In this document: piece by piece, positions 18,539 through 27,573 of the stretch
How positions within the stretch are numbered: position 1 is the first letter of the stretch
Layout of the letters: each line of letters begins with the position of its first letter
From: a virus
Lineage: Duplodnaviria; Caudoviricetes
IMG/VR virus record: IMGVR_UViG_3300027833_000054
Coordinates: 1-59,827 of that record
Length of the DNA stretch: 59,827 nt
Reading direction: 5' to 3' (one strand)
Position numbers and translations under genes: made by a program
The notes under the pieces: generated by a model
Seen by the model: the letters and a program-made list of their open reading frames with translations, nothing else
The model's database searches: none
What the model was told of the DNA's origin: nothing

Positions 18539-21500
18539 ATGCTTAGAGATGATACGATGGAGGCTTTGTCTTCTGTTTTTGAAGATTACAAAACTGGAGA
18601 TGAGGCAGGATCATCTCAAGCACCTTCCTATAGGCTTGGGGATTCCGATTGGGCTTTGATTGATGGCGATACAGCTAAGAACCTTAAGACAGGTCAACGA
18701 GTTCGTGTAGGTAACATTGATACCCGTGAGGTTGGCAGAGTTATATCAGAAGGCGCTGATGCTGGGTTTAAACATGGTGAAGTTGGTGGTGAACTGGCAA
18801 CACAATACATCTGGGATCTTGCTAACAGACATGGTTTCACAAAGGTATCCTCAGGTGACGAGACTGACACTCATGATCGTTCACTTGGTGACCTGTACGA
18901 CCCTGATGGTGTTGCTTTATCAGACATGATGCTTGCATCTGGTATGGCACTCCCCGGATACATGGGTAAGTCTAAAGAGACTACAGATCCCTATGGATCT
19001 GATGTGTATATGGGTGGTGTCTATCAACGTGAGATGCGTGATCCTAACTTTGATAAGTTATCAGATTGGGAGAAGGCTGCAAAGTTACTCAGGTCTGCTG
19101 AGACTGCACACTCTGGTGGCATACCTATCGAAAAGGTTATGGCTTTTAACATGCAAGAGTACGCAGCTAACCCAGACTTATACAAGGGTATTCGTACTCG
19201 TATAGATGGGGCTGACTCTGAGGGCATGGCATACTCTCCAATGAGTGCAAGCTGGGATGTCTCATGGATGGGTATCGGTAAAGGTTTTGATCAGGTTATG
19301 TGGAAGCTGGCTGATGAAGCTGGGTTTGAAGATACTGCAACTTACTTTGCATCTGATGTAGCCACAGCTGAGAGGGAGATGGCAGAGATGCCTATGCTCC
19401 AATCAGATATAACTAAGGTTGATTGGTCTTCTTTTGATGAATCCACAGATTACCTTGCAACTATCTTCGGGTCTTCACTACCATATATGACAATGACTAT
19501 CGCAGGTATGGCAGCTGCCCCTGTGGTTGGAGCATTAGGTGCAGGAGCTGCTGCTGTAGGCACTGCAGGTGCCCTAGGAGCAACATCAACAGGTATGATG
19601 TACACTGGCTTAGTCTTAGATGAAATGGAAGGTGACATAGGTGATAAGAACTTACCACTTGCTATTGGTGCTGGTGCATTGATGATGGTTGCTGATCGCT
19701 TAGGCTTGAAAGGTATCATAGGTCCTAATCAGTTTCTCACTGGCAGTGGTAAGGCAGAACTTATAAAACACTTTACCGCCAAGGGTATGACAGAAGCTGC
19801 TGCTGAGAAGCAGATAGCTTCAATGGCTAAACTAGAGCTTGCTAAACTATCCAAAGATGGTTTTAAGTTTGCTCAAGATCAAGTAGTCAAGGGTGCTTTA
19901 TTTAAGAGGGTTGCTGGTCAGCTTTCAAGAGGTGCTGTCTTTGAAGGGAGTACGGAACTACTTCAGGAAATGACACAGTACACAGCTGCTGTGCTTGGCT
20001 CTGATAAAGAGTGGAACTTCGATGAAGTTGAGAACCGTATGATAAACGCAATAGCTGCTGGCGGTATCATGGGTGGTGCATTGTCAGTGCCCAAGACTGC
20101 ATTTGATGTAGGTGATTGGAGTTCAACTGCTGACTATTTAGATCCATCTAAGGCTGACAGGTATAACACTAAGTTTGATTATGCCGAAGAAGAAGAACTT
20201 AAGAGGCAGGGTAAGGTTCGTTCTAATGATGAATGGGCTGATGATCTACAGGCTTCTGCAAATGTTCGTGTTGAGAAAGCTTCCTTGGATAGTAAAGGTA
20301 AGGGTGGATCTGCATACAACCAAGACGGAAGCCGTAAGCCATCTAACGATAGCATGATGGAAGAAGCTGCAAACTCACACAGGAATAATAACCCCGAGGG
20401 ATTCCTTGGAGCTAAAGATATCTGGGCATTCATAAAGAACCCCCAGAACTTCTTCAGGTCTTCTGCATCACGGGCAATGATTAAGCTGGCTGAGGTTGAC
20501 TCTGAAGCTGCTAGATTATTAAGTGTTTTTGGTTACACAAGGCATGGTATCTTCCACGGAAGTAACTTTGCAGAGTACCAAAGGGTTAAGCAAGCCTCAC
20601 ATGAAACTCTTTCAGGTAAAGCAGTTGATAACTATAAGAAGTTTGACAGTGACCCACTGAGTAGTTCCACAGCTAAGCAAGCTTATGCATCTGATATGAT
20701 TAATGCTTTCTACAAAGAAGTGTTAGCGCCTATCACAGGTCGTAAGAACCGAAAAGGTGTGAAGACTATGGGTGTACGTCAGGCTATGTCTAAGATCAAC
20801 TGGGATAAGATAGACCCAAAGTATCTTAAAAACAGGGAAGCCTTAGAAAGTTCGTTGATCAAGTACGAAGCAATGCTTAACAGAGTATTTGAAGAGACTA
20901 ATGAAGTTAATGCAAAGGCCAAGAAGAGTCTTATCCATAACCTTCAAGACTTTATGTTCAGACATAAGGGTTTCAAGCGTGAGTACATAGATGCTAACAA
21001 GGCTAGGTTCATTCAGTTACTTTCAAAAGAGTATCGTATGTCACACACCCAAGCAACTAAGATAGCTGATAACATCATCAATGATACAGTCTTAGATGAC
21101 AACAAAGAGTTTAACGTGATGGAGGGTGGTATCTCACCATCTGAATATGAATCACGTACACTTGGACTCTCTGACAATGCACTCTTTGATGAGTTCCTTG
21201 AGCAAGACTTCTTCAATAACGTTGAGGAAGTGTCTCGTATGTCTTCACGATATCAGACTCATATGAAGTTCCTTGGTCGTAATGGTGAGGTGATGGATCA
21301 GGCTTTCCGTAACCTATACAGAGGTCTTATGGTTAAAGCAGGTACTGATACTGAACGTCAGGCAGAAGCTAAGGCTCAGTTCGATGAAGCTGCATTCCAT
21401 GTACGTAATCTTATCAATGCTGAGTCAGGTAACTACAAACGTATAGACAGTTACTACTTAAAGACAGCTCAGAAATACCTTACTCTTCTTACTGCAATGC

Positions 21501-22861
21501 AAGGCTTAGGTCTGGCAGCTATCTCCTCTTTCCCTGAGGTTGGATTACTGTTTCATGGTGTGCCACGTAAAGTCCTTGTTGATAACATAGGTCTTGCAGG
21601 TTACCAAGCTGGTAAAGCCCTTGCGTCTTACGCATCTAACCTTGGTGAAATCACTAGGGTATCTGGTGCAGCTGAGAAACTAGGGCTTAAGGATAAGGCT
21701 AATTCAAAAGAGGAACCTGTTGCACGTTCAGTCAAAGATCCTCGTAGGATGTTTGCAGGATCCCCTGAGACTATTGTCCAGAGGGTAGGCCTTAGTCTCC
21801 AAGAGACAGGGGCAGCAACCACAACAGGTATGGTTGAAACTAACCAGCTGACTAAGCATATTGCAGACGCATTCTTTAAGTCTAACTTCTTACAAGATCA
21901 GACACAGATGCACCGTAACATACGAGCTGCATTCTTTAATGACTTCTTGATTGATAAAATGGATCTCATAATGAGTTACAGGGGTAAGGAACCAACACCT
22001 GAACTTATGGAATCACGTAAGATGCTTAAGGACTTAGGTATTGATGTTGAAGCAATGACCCGTATCTCTAACCAGATGCTGGGTCTCCCTGATATCTCAA
22101 GCCTTACGCATGAAGATACAATGCGGATGGAAGAGTTGAATAAGAAGGTTAAAGATGGGCGTTCGCTCACAGCTTCTGAGAAAGCTTCATTCACCCGTAT
22201 CAATAATTTCTTAAAGTCTAGATCTGGTTGGGATGGTTTGTCACAAGCTGATCAGTCTACATGGGAACGTAACTTCTTGACAGGAGCTGGTCGGTTTATC
22301 AACCAAGCAGTGCCTATGCCAGATGCATTCAACAGACCTATACCATATAGTAATCAACATCTAATGTTACTTACTCAGTTTAATGGATATATCTCATCGT
22401 TTACTGCTAACCAGTTACCACGTTTGTGGGATGGTCTTAAGTACTCTAAGGGATTACGTTACTCAACCTTTGCTTCAGCAGCTACAATGCTGTTCATGGG
22501 ATTCCTGTCTCAGGCTATGAAAGACGAGCTTAAGTATGGAGAACCATCACCCTATTTGACAGACAGAGAAAAGGTTTTACGTATGATCTACTCTTCAGGA
22601 CTTATAGGCACTGGTGAGCGTATCATAGGTAGTCCAATGCTACTACCACTTTATAGTAGCAGTAGTAGAGACTTTACAGAGTGGACGTGGAATAACGTTG
22701 CAAGTGAAGCAGCTGCAGCAGGAACTGTTGAGAGATTCTACAGGATTGCTGAAGGCTACTTTGAAGATGATGATGCTAAGATGATGAAAAGTTTCTATGG
22801 AAGTCTACCGTTTTTAGGCCCAATGAAACATAGACTATATGAAGTTACTCAATGGAAATAA
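18539..22861 (+). CDS. large internal virion protein with N-terminal SNase (thermonuclease)-like domain
   Basis: IDGDT...VRVGNIDTRE...DTHDRSLG...MLASGMA matches SNase motifs; hydrophobic Gly/Ala helices; 1440 aa, Cys-free. Confidence 0.7.
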   Translation: MLRDDTMEALSSVFEDYKTGDEAGSSQAPSYRLGDSDWALIDGDTAKNLKTGQRVRVGNIDTREVGRVISEGADAGFKHGEVGGELATQYIWDLANRHGFTKVSSGDETDTHDRSLGDLYDPDGVALSDMMLASGMALPGYMGKSKETTDPYGSDVYMGGVYQREMRDPNFDKLSDWEKAAKLLRSAETAHSGGIPIEKVMAFNMQEYAANPDLYKGIRTRIDGADSEGMAYSPMSASWDVSWMGIGKGFDQVMWKLADEAGFEDTATYFASDVATAEREMAEMPMLQSDITKVDWSSFDESTDYLATIFGSSLPYMTMTIAGMAAAPVVGALGAGAAAVGTAGALGATSTGMMYTGLVLDEMEGDIGDKNLPLAIGAGALMMVADRLGLKGIIGPNQFLTGSGKAELIKHFTAKGMTEAAAEKQIASMAKLELAKLSKDGFKFAQDQVVKGALFKRVAGQLSRGAVFEGSTELLQEMTQYTAAVLGSDKEWNFDEVENRMINAIAAGGIMGGALSVPKTAFDVGDWSSTADYLDPSKADRYNTKFDYAEEEELKRQGKVRSNDEWADDLQASANVRVEKASLDSKGKGGSAYNQDGSRKPSNDSMMEEAANSHRNNNPEGFLGAKDIWAFIKNPQNFFRSSASRAMIKLAEVDSEAARLLSVFGYTRHGIFHGSNFAEYQRVKQASHETLSGKAVDNYKKFDSDPLSSSTAKQAYASDMINAFYKEVLAPITGRKNRKGVKTMGVRQAMSKINWDKIDPKYLKNREALESSLIKYEAMLNRVFEETNEVNAKAKKSLIHNLQDFMFRHKGFKREYIDANKARFIQLLSKEYRMSHTQATKIADNIINDTVLDDNKEFNVMEGGISPSEYESRTLGLSDNALFDEFLEQDFFNNVEEVSRMSSRYQTHMKFLGRNGEVMDQAFRNLYRGLMVKAGTDTERQAEAKAQFDEAAFHVRNLINAESGNYKRIDSYYLKTAQKYLTLLTAMQGLGLAAISSFPEVGLLFHGVPRKVLVDNIGLAGYQAGKALASYASNLGEITRVSGAAEKLGLKDKANSKEEPVARSVKDPRRMFAGSPETIVQRVGLSLQETGAATTTGMVETNQLTKHIADAFFKSNFLQDQTQMHRNIRAAFFNDFLIDKMDLIMSYRGKEPTPELMESRKMLKDLGIDVEAMTRISNQMLGLPDISSLTHEDTMRMEELNKKVKDGRSLTASEKASFTRINNFLKSRSGWDGLSQADQSTWERNFLTGAGRFINQAVPMPDAFNRPIPYSNQHLMLLTQFNGYISSFTANQLPRLWDGLKYSKGLRYSTFASAATMLFMGFLSQAMKDELKYGEPSPYLTDREKVLRMIYSSGLIGTGERIIGSPMLLPLYSSSSRDFTEWTWNNVASEAAAAGTVERFYRIAEGYFEDDDAKMMKSFYGSLPFLGPMKHRLYEVTQWK

Positions 22862-22876
22862 TTGGAGGTAAACCCT

Positions 22877-25800
22877 ATGGCTGGTAAGTATACAGCTCTA
22901 AAGCAAAGTGGACCTAAGAGAGGTCTAAGCAGTGATACTGCTGATGCCCTTATGAGGGCAGGTGTGTTTGATACTGCACCTGAACAAGTAGGCCCCGAAG
23001 GGATTGCCCCTTTTAGCTCATCCCCACAAAAGCAACTACACATACCCGGAACAGAACGAGGTGGGCCAGTACCCGAAGGTGTCCAATGGGGTGGTGTTGA
23101 CACTGCCCCTACAGACATTGATCAAAGGGTTGCACCTGATCCTAATCAGACCAGTATGGATTTCGGTAATGAACCAACAGAGTACATGCAACCTAACCTT
23201 ACTCCTATGGAGCTAGAACAAAAGCAGATGGAGATGGAAGCACCTCAGTCACTTCAACAACAGTTCCAGTTAGGTAGTTCATCACCAGAGCTAGATTCTG
23301 GCTACTTAGGTCCTCAGGATCTTATGAAGATATGGGGTCCTATTCATGGCCCTGTTGTTGCAAGGTCTTTAGTGGGGCTTAAGAATGACTTTGATCTACT
23401 AGGTACTGCCAGATCCTTTGATAACACAGACAGGTTCCCTGACCCTGTGGAAGCTAAGACTGAGTACGAAAGTGGTCTTGGATTAATACAGAAGGGTGTG
23501 GCCAGTGTATTTGATCTTGACATTGGGTTCCTTAAAGCACCTGAAGAAGGTCAGGCAACCTTAGATCAAGATGGAAGGTATGCACTGACACAAGAGTCTT
23601 TGTTCGTAGGTCCTCAGGGACTTGATGCATCTGTTGTTTCTAATGACAACAGGGTGTACCGTATGGACCCTGACTACCTTATCAATTCGTTTGTAGTAGT
23701 GGAAGCTATGCTTGACAACAGTGGTTCATTCATACCACAAGAGGTCATTGATACACTACCCGAAGATGTTATGAAGCAGATTGGTATACTGGACGCTGCA
23801 AGTGAGAGTCAGGCAAGGACTGTTGTTGATATTGGTAGGTCTGTGTCTGATGCATGGCAGGGTTTCCGTCAGGTACGTGAAGGTGGTATGGATACCCTAG
23901 TTGACCCTAAGTTGTTTAAAAGGTTCTCAAGAGAAGCTAATCAACTCATAGGTTTCAATGCACTACATGCTTACAAGGAAGCCAACCCATCCTATGTTGA
24001 TGCTGTTGGAGAGATGATAGGCGGTAAGGCTCAACCTATACTGTATAACCTAACACCTACAGGTCGTAAGGCACTACAGTTACGTAGTAGTCAGGTATCC
24101 CCACCTAAGTTTAGAGTACCTCCTATTATCGGGGAGACCTCTAAGGACGGTCAGCCTAGGTATGCTTCAAGTACACGTACCAAGAAGACAACTGGTGCCC
24201 AGTATGATATGGGTCAGGTTGATGTTATCACTGATGCAATCAAGTTCTACTCTGATGTTAAGAGTGTTGTTGGAGGTATCCGAGGTAAGGCTGCATTCGG
24301 CTTTGGTATATCTGCATTAGAGGAAGCATCTTCTGTTGACCTTACTGAAGGTGTACCTAACAACCACCTTACTTTTGTATCAGACTTCTTTGATGTTGGG
24401 CATAAGCGTATTGATAAGATACGTAACATACCCGTAGAGATTGAGTATCAACTCAACGAAGCAAAGAAGAAGCTTGCAGATGCACGTAGATACTCTCCAA
24501 ACGATGGTGATAATATCTTATTGATAATGGATGTCAAAACTCTATCTGATTTCTTAGAGCTTGCAAGAACCCCTGAGTGGCAGAATGGTATGTATAAGAA
24601 ACATGCCACCAACCAACTGGAAGTTCTTAATGCGTTAGCTCACTACAAGAATGACCAGATAGGTTTTACCTTTCAACGTCAGTTAGGTAATACACGTGTC
24701 ACTATGCATCAGCACCACATAAGCCCTCAGAACCACAAGATGGTACGTCAGGTGCTTGGTTCTCCACATCTCTACAGTATCAGGCCCATGTCTAATACAG
24801 ATGAAGAGTTTGGTGTCGTGGTATCGATAGCTTCTTTCCTTCTTAAGGTAGGTGGTTTGAAACCTGATGTGGTGTACCGAGATACAATCAAACGTATTCA
24901 ATCTGGTAATGACCCCGAGCTTAAATCCCTTGAGGCCATAGGTACCGAGGTTGGTCATTGGTTGCTAGCATTTGAAGATGCTAATGCTGTAAGAGACCTT
25001 AAGCAACTTGAGTCTACACCTCAGGGTGTCATGGGTGTTGATAACTTACTTCGTAATGCAGAGCTTGAAGACTTCAAAGCAATCTTAGCTGACCTTTCAC
25101 AGGCCACTAGGGACTTTATAGATGCCAATGCCAAAGCTCATCCTGATGAGTTCATAAATGTATTAGAGGCTACTACAGAGCTTGCACGTTACATGCAATC
25201 CTATAGGTCTGGTAAACCGTATACATCACAGATGCGTATGGTTGCACAAGATGGTATTGCTAATGGACTTGCAGGTCTTATGGCTCAGTTAGGTCAGGAA
25301 CATATGATGCATCGTGTTGGTGTATACAGACGTAAAGGATCCCCTAGGATATTGGCTAAGTTTAAAGGAATTGCAGGTGACCCACGTGACTTACTGAAGC
25401 ATAACTTATTGACAAACCCTACCTCCGAGATAGGTAAAGCTAGTCCTGAGAATGCAATGAAGCTCACAAGGTTGGTTAAGCTAGCCACTGAGGATAAGAA
25501 GAACTTCCTTAAGCCTCCTCTTATGACTTTTGGTTATGGTCAAGAACTAAATAGCATGAAACATTATGCTGTTAAGGCAGTTATATCAAACCCAAACTCA
25601 GAGATAGGTCTTCTTGCTGGTGAAGTAGGTACTGACAAGGCAATAAATATTCTTACTGATTCACTTAAAGATAATATTTTAGCTACTGTAGGTTCTGATG
25701 TTGTTAACTATGTTGGTATGCTTAAGAGTTATGTGAAAGTCGCTGGGTTTGTAAATGAACCTATCATCTACTCACAACCAACAGGTCAGCAAACGTCTAT

Positions 25801-26686
25801 CAGTGGCACTGTTATGACTGAAACTAGGTTAGCGTCTGCTGCTGTCACTCGTACTCGTAAGAGGAATGAGAAAGGTCAGTTCTTTGATGTCACTAATAAG
25901 AAGAAGTTTGTATCACGTAACAAGGACGGTATTTATATTAGTGAAGGTGGTACCAGTAAGTCTGCTGTTACATCAACGTATGACATAGAGACCTCAGCAT
26001 TGTACGAGAGGAATGGTGTTGCAGGTTTAGGTGCAAGTCAGGGTGTATTAGCTCAGACTACTATTGGTTTTGATGCTGCATCTGTTGTTGCCTTAGTCAC
26101 TGGTAAGTCCCTTGCTAAACTTCGTGCTGCTCAGAATGGAAGAAACCCCTACTTGATACCTGTCTATGATGAGATCATAACAGATGCAGGTTCATTTAGG
26201 TCTGCGTATAAGGCTATAAACGATGCTTGGTTAGACACAACATTAGACTATGACATCATAGGTGAGATGCAGAAAGGTATCCGTGAGGCTACTCAAAGAG
26301 GTCTTGCTAACCTACGTGCAGCGGCAGAAGGTAATCCTTTAGGCTTCCCTGCAGACCCTAACTATTCCAAGTATGTTTATAGTGAGATGATGGGTATGGG
26401 CAGTGATAGTTCTATCTACTCTTCTGAACTTAAGTATAGGTCTCTTAACTATGTGAATAGCCTTGCCAGTAAAGCTGAGGGTATGATTGAGGAACCTTGG
26501 AATCTTATCACAAACAAGGATCTATACCAGATATCACTTGCAGTTCTTAACGATAGTGGTGTGAAGAACCTTGCGAAGTCCTTTGAGAAACTAAGGTTAC
26601 GTGCAAAGGAAGGACGTAAGCGTATCAGAGCTAAGGCTAAGGATGTACACCAGTATACTTTAGATTCATTACGTGAAGCTGATTAA
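22877..26686 (+). CDS. putative virion-encapsidated single-subunit RNA polymerase (compact N4 vRNAP-like)
   Basis: Motif A QDGIANG, motif B KNFLKPPLMTFGYG, motif C IPVYDEI in the correct order; TRVTM...SPQNHKMVR upstream; no Cys; last gene of the ejection cluster; GGAGG RBS before ATG 22877. Confidence 0.8.
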   Translation: MAGKYTALKQSGPKRGLSSDTADALMRAGVFDTAPEQVGPEGIAPFSSSPQKQLHIPGTERGGPVPEGVQWGGVDTAPTDIDQRVAPDPNQTSMDFGNEPTEYMQPNLTPMELEQKQMEMEAPQSLQQQFQLGSSSPELDSGYLGPQDLMKIWGPIHGPVVARSLVGLKNDFDLLGTARSFDNTDRFPDPVEAKTEYESGLGLIQKGVASVFDLDIGFLKAPEEGQATLDQDGRYALTQESLFVGPQGLDASVVSNDNRVYRMDPDYLINSFVVVEAMLDNSGSFIPQEVIDTLPEDVMKQIGILDAASESQARTVVDIGRSVSDAWQGFRQVREGGMDTLVDPKLFKRFSREANQLIGFNALHAYKEANPSYVDAVGEMIGGKAQPILYNLTPTGRKALQLRSSQVSPPKFRVPPIIGETSKDGQPRYASSTRTKKTTGAQYDMGQVDVITDAIKFYSDVKSVVGGIRGKAAFGFGISALEEASSVDLTEGVPNNHLTFVSDFFDVGHKRIDKIRNIPVEIEYQLNEAKKKLADARRYSPNDGDNILLIMDVKTLSDFLELARTPEWQNGMYKKHATNQLEVLNALAHYKNDQIGFTFQRQLGNTRVTMHQHHISPQNHKMVRQVLGSPHLYSIRPMSNTDEEFGVVVSIASFLLKVGGLKPDVVYRDTIKRIQSGNDPELKSLEAIGTEVGHWLLAFEDANAVRDLKQLESTPQGVMGVDNLLRNAELEDFKAILADLSQATRDFIDANAKAHPDEFINVLEATTELARYMQSYRSGKPYTSQMRMVAQDGIANGLAGLMAQLGQEHMMHRVGVYRRKGSPRILAKFKGIAGDPRDLLKHNLLTNPTSEIGKASPENAMKLTRLVKLATEDKKNFLKPPLMTFGYGQELNSMKHYAVKAVISNPNSEIGLLAGEVGTDKAINILTDSLKDNILATVGSDVVNYVGMLKSYVKVAGFVNEPIIYSQPTGQQTSISGTVMTETRLASAAVTRTRKRNEKGQFFDVTNKKKFVSRNKDGIYISEGGTSKSAVTSTYDIETSALYERNGVAGLGASQGVLAQTTIGFDAASVVALVTGKSLAKLRAAQNGRNPYLIPVYDEIITDAGSFRSAYKAINDAWLDTTLDYDIIGEMQKGIREATQRGLANLRAAAEGNPLGFPADPNYSKYVYSEMMGMGSDSSIYSSELKYRSLNYVNSLASKAEGMIEEPWNLITNKDLYQISLAVLNDSGVKNLAKSFEKLRLRAKEGRKRIRAKAKDVHQYTLDSLREAD

Positions 26687-26703
26687 ACATAACAATAGAT
26701 AAT

Positions 26704-26749
26704 AAAAAAGAAAGCCCCCAAGGAATCCAATTAAGGATCCCAAGGGGGC
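26704..26749 (-). terminator. intrinsic terminator of the replication arm
   Basis: A-tract followed by GCCCCC...GGGGGC hairpin, i.e. hairpin plus U-tract on the - strand. Confidence 0.8.
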
Positions 26750-26751
26750 GT

Positions 26752-26792
26752 TACCCTCAGGTATACATTACGTATACTTGGGGGTTATTTTA
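26752..26792 (+). terminator. intrinsic terminator of the structural arm
   Basis: ACCCTCAGGTATAC-ATTAC-GTATACTTGGGGGT hairpin followed by TATTTTT. Confidence 0.8.
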
Positions 26793-27044
26793 TTACTCAT
26801 CTTTGGTAGCATCAGCTACAGTCATTCGTCCTGATTCTCGTTGAGCTTCAGCATGAGCCATAGCTTCTTCTTCTGAGAGACCCTCAGCCAGTGCACCTGC
26901 GTAGTTATTATCCCAGACTTTACTAAGGATAGCTTCATTGATCTCAGGTGTATAGGCAAGGGCTGGGTCAAGATTAAACATCTCAACGTACTCCATATCG
27001 TCAATACCCGGAACTATATTGTAGGACTTCTTTTCATTACTCAT
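26793..27044 (-). CDS. hypothetical acidic protein
   Basis: 83-aa ORF, last gene of the - arm. Confidence 0.6.
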   Translation of the reverse strand: MSNEKKSYNIVPGIDDMEYVEMFNLDPALAYTPEINEAILSKVWDNNYAGALAEGLSEEEAMAHAEAQRESGRMTVADATKDE

Positions 27045-27369
27045 CTTTTACAAATACTCCATCTACCATACGACCCGTGCGTACGTTAATTTTATTATAG
27101 GCTTCCTCTAAACATTCTGTCAGAGACAAACCCCATAGGTTCGCTTGGATGGCTAGGGTCACCAGCACATCTCCCATCTCATCTCGTACTCGATCTACAT
27201 CACCTTCATGTATCTCCTTAATCATCTCTTGAGATTCTTCTGAGAACTTGAGCAGCTGTTTACTTCTCCTTTCCACAAGATCTTTATGTTCAAAGATATC
27301 TCCAAGGATACCCTTGCGGTTACCCCAATCAATCACATTGTTTTCTAACTCTTCAAAGATCATATACAT
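27037..27369 (-). CDS. mazG: MazG-like nucleotide pyrophosphohydrolase
   Basis: KFSEE..E...DEMGDVLVTL...CLEEAYNKI..RTG.MVDGVFVK. Confidence 0.85.
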   Translation of the reverse strand: MYMIFEELENNVIDWGNRKGILGDIFEHKDLVERRSKQLLKFSEESQEMIKEIHEGDVDRVRDEMGDVLVTLAIQANLWGLSLTECLEEAYNKINVRTGRMVDGVFVKDE

Positions 27370-27563
27370 TACTCCTCCCCTTCATCAGGATCTATAGAGT
27401 CTTGAGCTATAGATAAGAATACAAAGTTAGCAGATGCTTGAAGCACACCCAGCATAGCTACGTTAGTCATCTTGCCGTTGTACTCTTGTATTAAATCGTT
27501 TAAGTCTTGAAGCATACTGTTTTCAGATGCATACTTTTCGGGGAATTGTGTTACGTTACTCAT
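27369..27563 (-). CDS. hypothetical protein
   Basis: 64 aa, MSNVTQFP start; AAGGA RBS. Confidence 0.6.
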   Translation of the reverse strand: MSNVTQFPEKYASENSMLQDLNDLIQEYNGKMTNVAMLGVLQASANFVFLSIAQDSIDPDEGEE

Positions 27564-27573
27564 ATAATTATCC

